Assembly: GCA_050084985.1 (NCBI GenBank)
Contig: JBITNC010000002.1
Coordinates: 21,824,001-21,888,000, forward strand
Origin: Nageia nagi
Lineage: Eukaryota; Plantae; Pinophyta
DNA length: 64,000 nucleotides
Direction: 5' to 3'
This document shows positions 60,974 through 64,000 of this stretch, piece by piece; the first letter of the stretch is position 1; every line of letters starts with the position of its first letter. The translations under genes were made by a program, and so were the position numbers. The notes below the pieces were generated by a model. It was not told where the DNA came from, searched no databases, and worked only from the letters and a program-made list of their open reading frames with translations.

Positions 60974-62899
60974 ATGGAATACTTTTTGGATGAACTTATG
61001 AGATCTATTTGGGTTAGGTGCCATTACTTCTATTGCCAACTTCAAATGAAGCTATAGGAAAAGGGGAAGCCATTAAAACAAATGCAAGGCACAATTTGCT
61101 AAAAAAACTCAAGCAACACACTCCTTGAGGAGGATGCAACATGATAGGAAAAAACCCTAGGTTTACATGTAGGATGACACTTAACTCTACTTGAATTTTA
61201 AATTTATTTTTATATATGAGCTTATTGATGGATGATTTATTTTATTTATTTTTGTATGATATAATATAGTTTTAATTTTAGATTAAAAAATTAAGTAAAA
61301 AGAGTTTTATATTCACTTATTTGAAAACTTCAATTTTGGATAATTAAGACTAATGTAATTTAAAATATTACATATTTTATTTTAAATAAATATTATTTGA
61401 GTGTTTTAATTTAAAATATTATTTGTTTAAATTTAAAATATTTTAATTTTCAAATATTATATATTTTATATCAAAAATTATTTTCAAACCCATAAGACAA
61501 AGATCAAAATGAATATGGTAAGGGTGAACTCAGTAACCACACACTTTACAAGATAATAAAATATGTTTTGGATTGATTTCAGCCACATAAATAACTCAAA
61601 ACACACTCTAAACATTAATAAACAATACCATAATTGATGGACACATATAAAATCAAACATCCATTATCATCACACTTTCATTTTATTCCAATTAAAGAGT
61701 CATCCAAAACCATATAGTGCCCACATAGGGTTACACCAATTTTTTATATAGTCTTACTAGAATAATTTTCCAGTGAAACACAAAAGAGATAATCATAATT
61801 TAACCAAGACCCAAATCTCAAAAAGAACTACCAACCAGACCTCATTTCAAGTATGTCATTCTCCAAGGTTCTTAAGGTTCAAATATATGCAATTCATAAT
61901 GTAGATAAAGGGGATATTTCAACTTTCAATAAAAATCATGGGAATCTACTAGTGATAAGTAGATCTATTCCACTCTAAAATATGTGTTTTCCATGCTTGG
62001 TTCACAACTTCCAAGTACAAAAAGAGAATTTACTTCTTTAGATAAAGTTAGTTTTAAATGGGATAAAAAGCTATTTGCTACAAAAATATCCTTGGCTCAA
62101 ACGATAGTAGGATGTAGTTAAACTATGGATAAAATATAAGTTGATTGTATAGTCATCAACCTATGGTCAATGAAAAAGAAATTTTTTTCATGGAACTGTA
62201 AGTGATATTTACTTTTTGGATGTTTTACATATGCATTCTTGTGCTTTTAACTCTTATAAGATAATGCACAATCCAATTATTAAATTCCATACATTTTTAG
62301 ATTATAACTGACTTATTATTAAAAAATATGAACATGACTATTGGAAAAATCTACTCAAGGCATGTGTACAAGAAATAATTAAAATTATGTAATGCCTCAT
62401 TAGGATACAATCTAATGATAAAAAAATATTTTTTGTATCATAAGGATAAATAACTAACAAAAGTAAGCATATTAATTCAAAAGATCCAGCACCATAGACC
62501 CTGAAATGCGACCAATCTTAAAAAACTCACAACATTCTTCTTTTCAATAAATATAGAGTATGGCACACCATATATAAATGAAATTAGAAGAGAGAACTAG
62601 TAACTTTGAAACTAAACTTCCATTTTACTTTATTTATTATAAACTCTAGATATGGTGGAAAGTGACCCTTGAGCACAAAATATGTATCTTTGAACTCTCA
62701 AACATCTAGAATATAATTTATAGATATTGAATAAATATTGTATCATACACACACATGTAGATGAGCCCAAGGCCAAAGTTTACAATGTTATAACAATGCA
62801 AATTGGTTTTCCCTCCATTAATGCAAAAGAAGGGTCCAATAAGTAACCATAACTTAAGTTTCCCAATAAGTATATCTCCTTATATGCCATGAAAATTAA

Positions 62900-63117
62900 C
62901 CCACTTGTTAGAAGTTCTTGGTGGTGTTGCGTGAATAACCTTTTTGAAACATCAACAAGATACTCAAGGTTGCATTTGACCAATGCTTATACAAAATAGT
63001 AGGTTTCTTCCTACATACTTCCATCTGGAACATCAACCATATATGATTCTACCACCATTGTCCCTATACCTTCCCATCAATTTTCTCTAGTTTAATTATC
63101 ACAATTGAAGATTAATT
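62900..63117 (-). pseudogene. PYL: PYR/PYL/RCAR ABA receptor last-exon remnant (intron-containing PYL8/9-like subfamily)
   Basis: N*SSIVIIKLEKIDGK(fs)IGTMVVESYMVDVPDGSM*EETYYFV*ALVKCNLEYLVDVSKRL versus family consensus NYSSIITVHPEIIDGRPGTLVIESFVVDVPDGNTKDETCYFVEALIKCNLKSLADVSERL (recalled). A GGDHR motif lies upstream at ~63290-63304. Confidence 0.85.
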
Positions 63118-64000
63118 TTGTAGGAACAAAATCAACATCTTGTGATCATTTTAAGTTCATAACAATTCCAAATGAAAATAATAGGGAACTTCAAAAGATA
63201 GGCAATAAAAAAAATTGACCAATAATTTCAAGAAATTATAGAGAAAAGTTTGCATTCCTTCGTTCTATAAGTAGTGTAATTAGATTTCCTCTATGATCAC
63301 CTCCCCCTCAAGAGACTATTTCTTCTAAAGATATGATCCAAATATTTAAAGGTCAAGTGGAAAATACAAAACCAAAATAGTGGCTCAAATAAGAACATGC
63401 TGAAGTGGTGTGCATAATAATATAAAAATAGATGATTATGAGTAATTATAGGCTAAAGCAAACACACAATTTTACCCAAAAAATTAAAATAAATCATTCA
63501 CAAGAAATAAGAATGCCTTATCTGATAGACCATGATCTAGTGTGTTATTTGTATAGCATAATACCTCCAAAGACTAAGATCATGTCAATGACTTAACCCT
63601 AAGAATTTTATTGTTCAATAAAATAAATAAGTTTTAAAGGTCCAAACAAAAAATAGAACATAGATTCCCACATGGCTTGTCTTGTTGGTGGAGATGTTTA
63701 ATTTGAGCATGAAGATTCAAGTTCAAGTTTTTGGGCTTATAGTCATGGTAATGTATCAATATAACATTATCAATTGCATTAAAACCCTTAGCACAATTAG
63801 AGGTTATAGATGTGGATAAATTTTAACTTAATATGTGTTGTAATGAGGTATCAATTCCTCTAAAAAAAAATAGAACACGTATAAAAAAATAAAATAGATT
63901 GCAAGGATTTTTCCACTGCAACATATAGGATATTCAAATATGTTACCAAAAAAAGTAATGTGTTGGAAATAAATAAAATATAGGAAATAAATTTTAAAAG

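Noticed and set aside
61200-62800. AT-rich stretch
   Set aside because: No repeats, termini or coding signal that I can support.
63310-63800. Upstream PYL exons
   Set aside because: Only faint resemblance (e.g. HYHDYKPKN); the gate motif SGLPA is not visible.

Overview
AT-rich, CpG-depleted plant nuclear DNA, most like a large gymnosperm genome (inference). It is almost entirely decayed, nested retrotransposons, with no intact protein-coding gene. (1) 1-25.2 kb: one minus-strand L1-type LINE is split by a Copia element (637-8679) and by a Tat-clade Gypsy (11139-22937, TSD AATAT). The Tat lacks gag/protease but carries an extra RNase H and an antisense, apparently spliced Plant Mobile Domain gene. 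(2) 25.5-29 kb: decayed PLS-PPR modules and a decayed C2H2-like exon. (3) 29-61 kb: a five-deep LTR stack (CRM-like Gypsy > non-coding element with compound LTRs > non-autonomous Copia with PPR fragments > Reina-like Gypsy > second Reina-like Gypsy), plus an Ale-like Copia with TG..CT ends. (4) A PYR/PYL ABA-receptor pseudo-exon near 63 kb. The standout is a very young 268-bp TRIM (29349-29616, 63-64 bp LTRs). It has a tRNA-type A box in the LTR and a B box just past the PBS, i.e. a candidate Pol III promoter split across the LTR/PBS junction. It also shares 27 identical nt of U5/PBS with a Reina-like element in this window. Coordinates were read by eye; clade names come from recalled motifs, not database searches.
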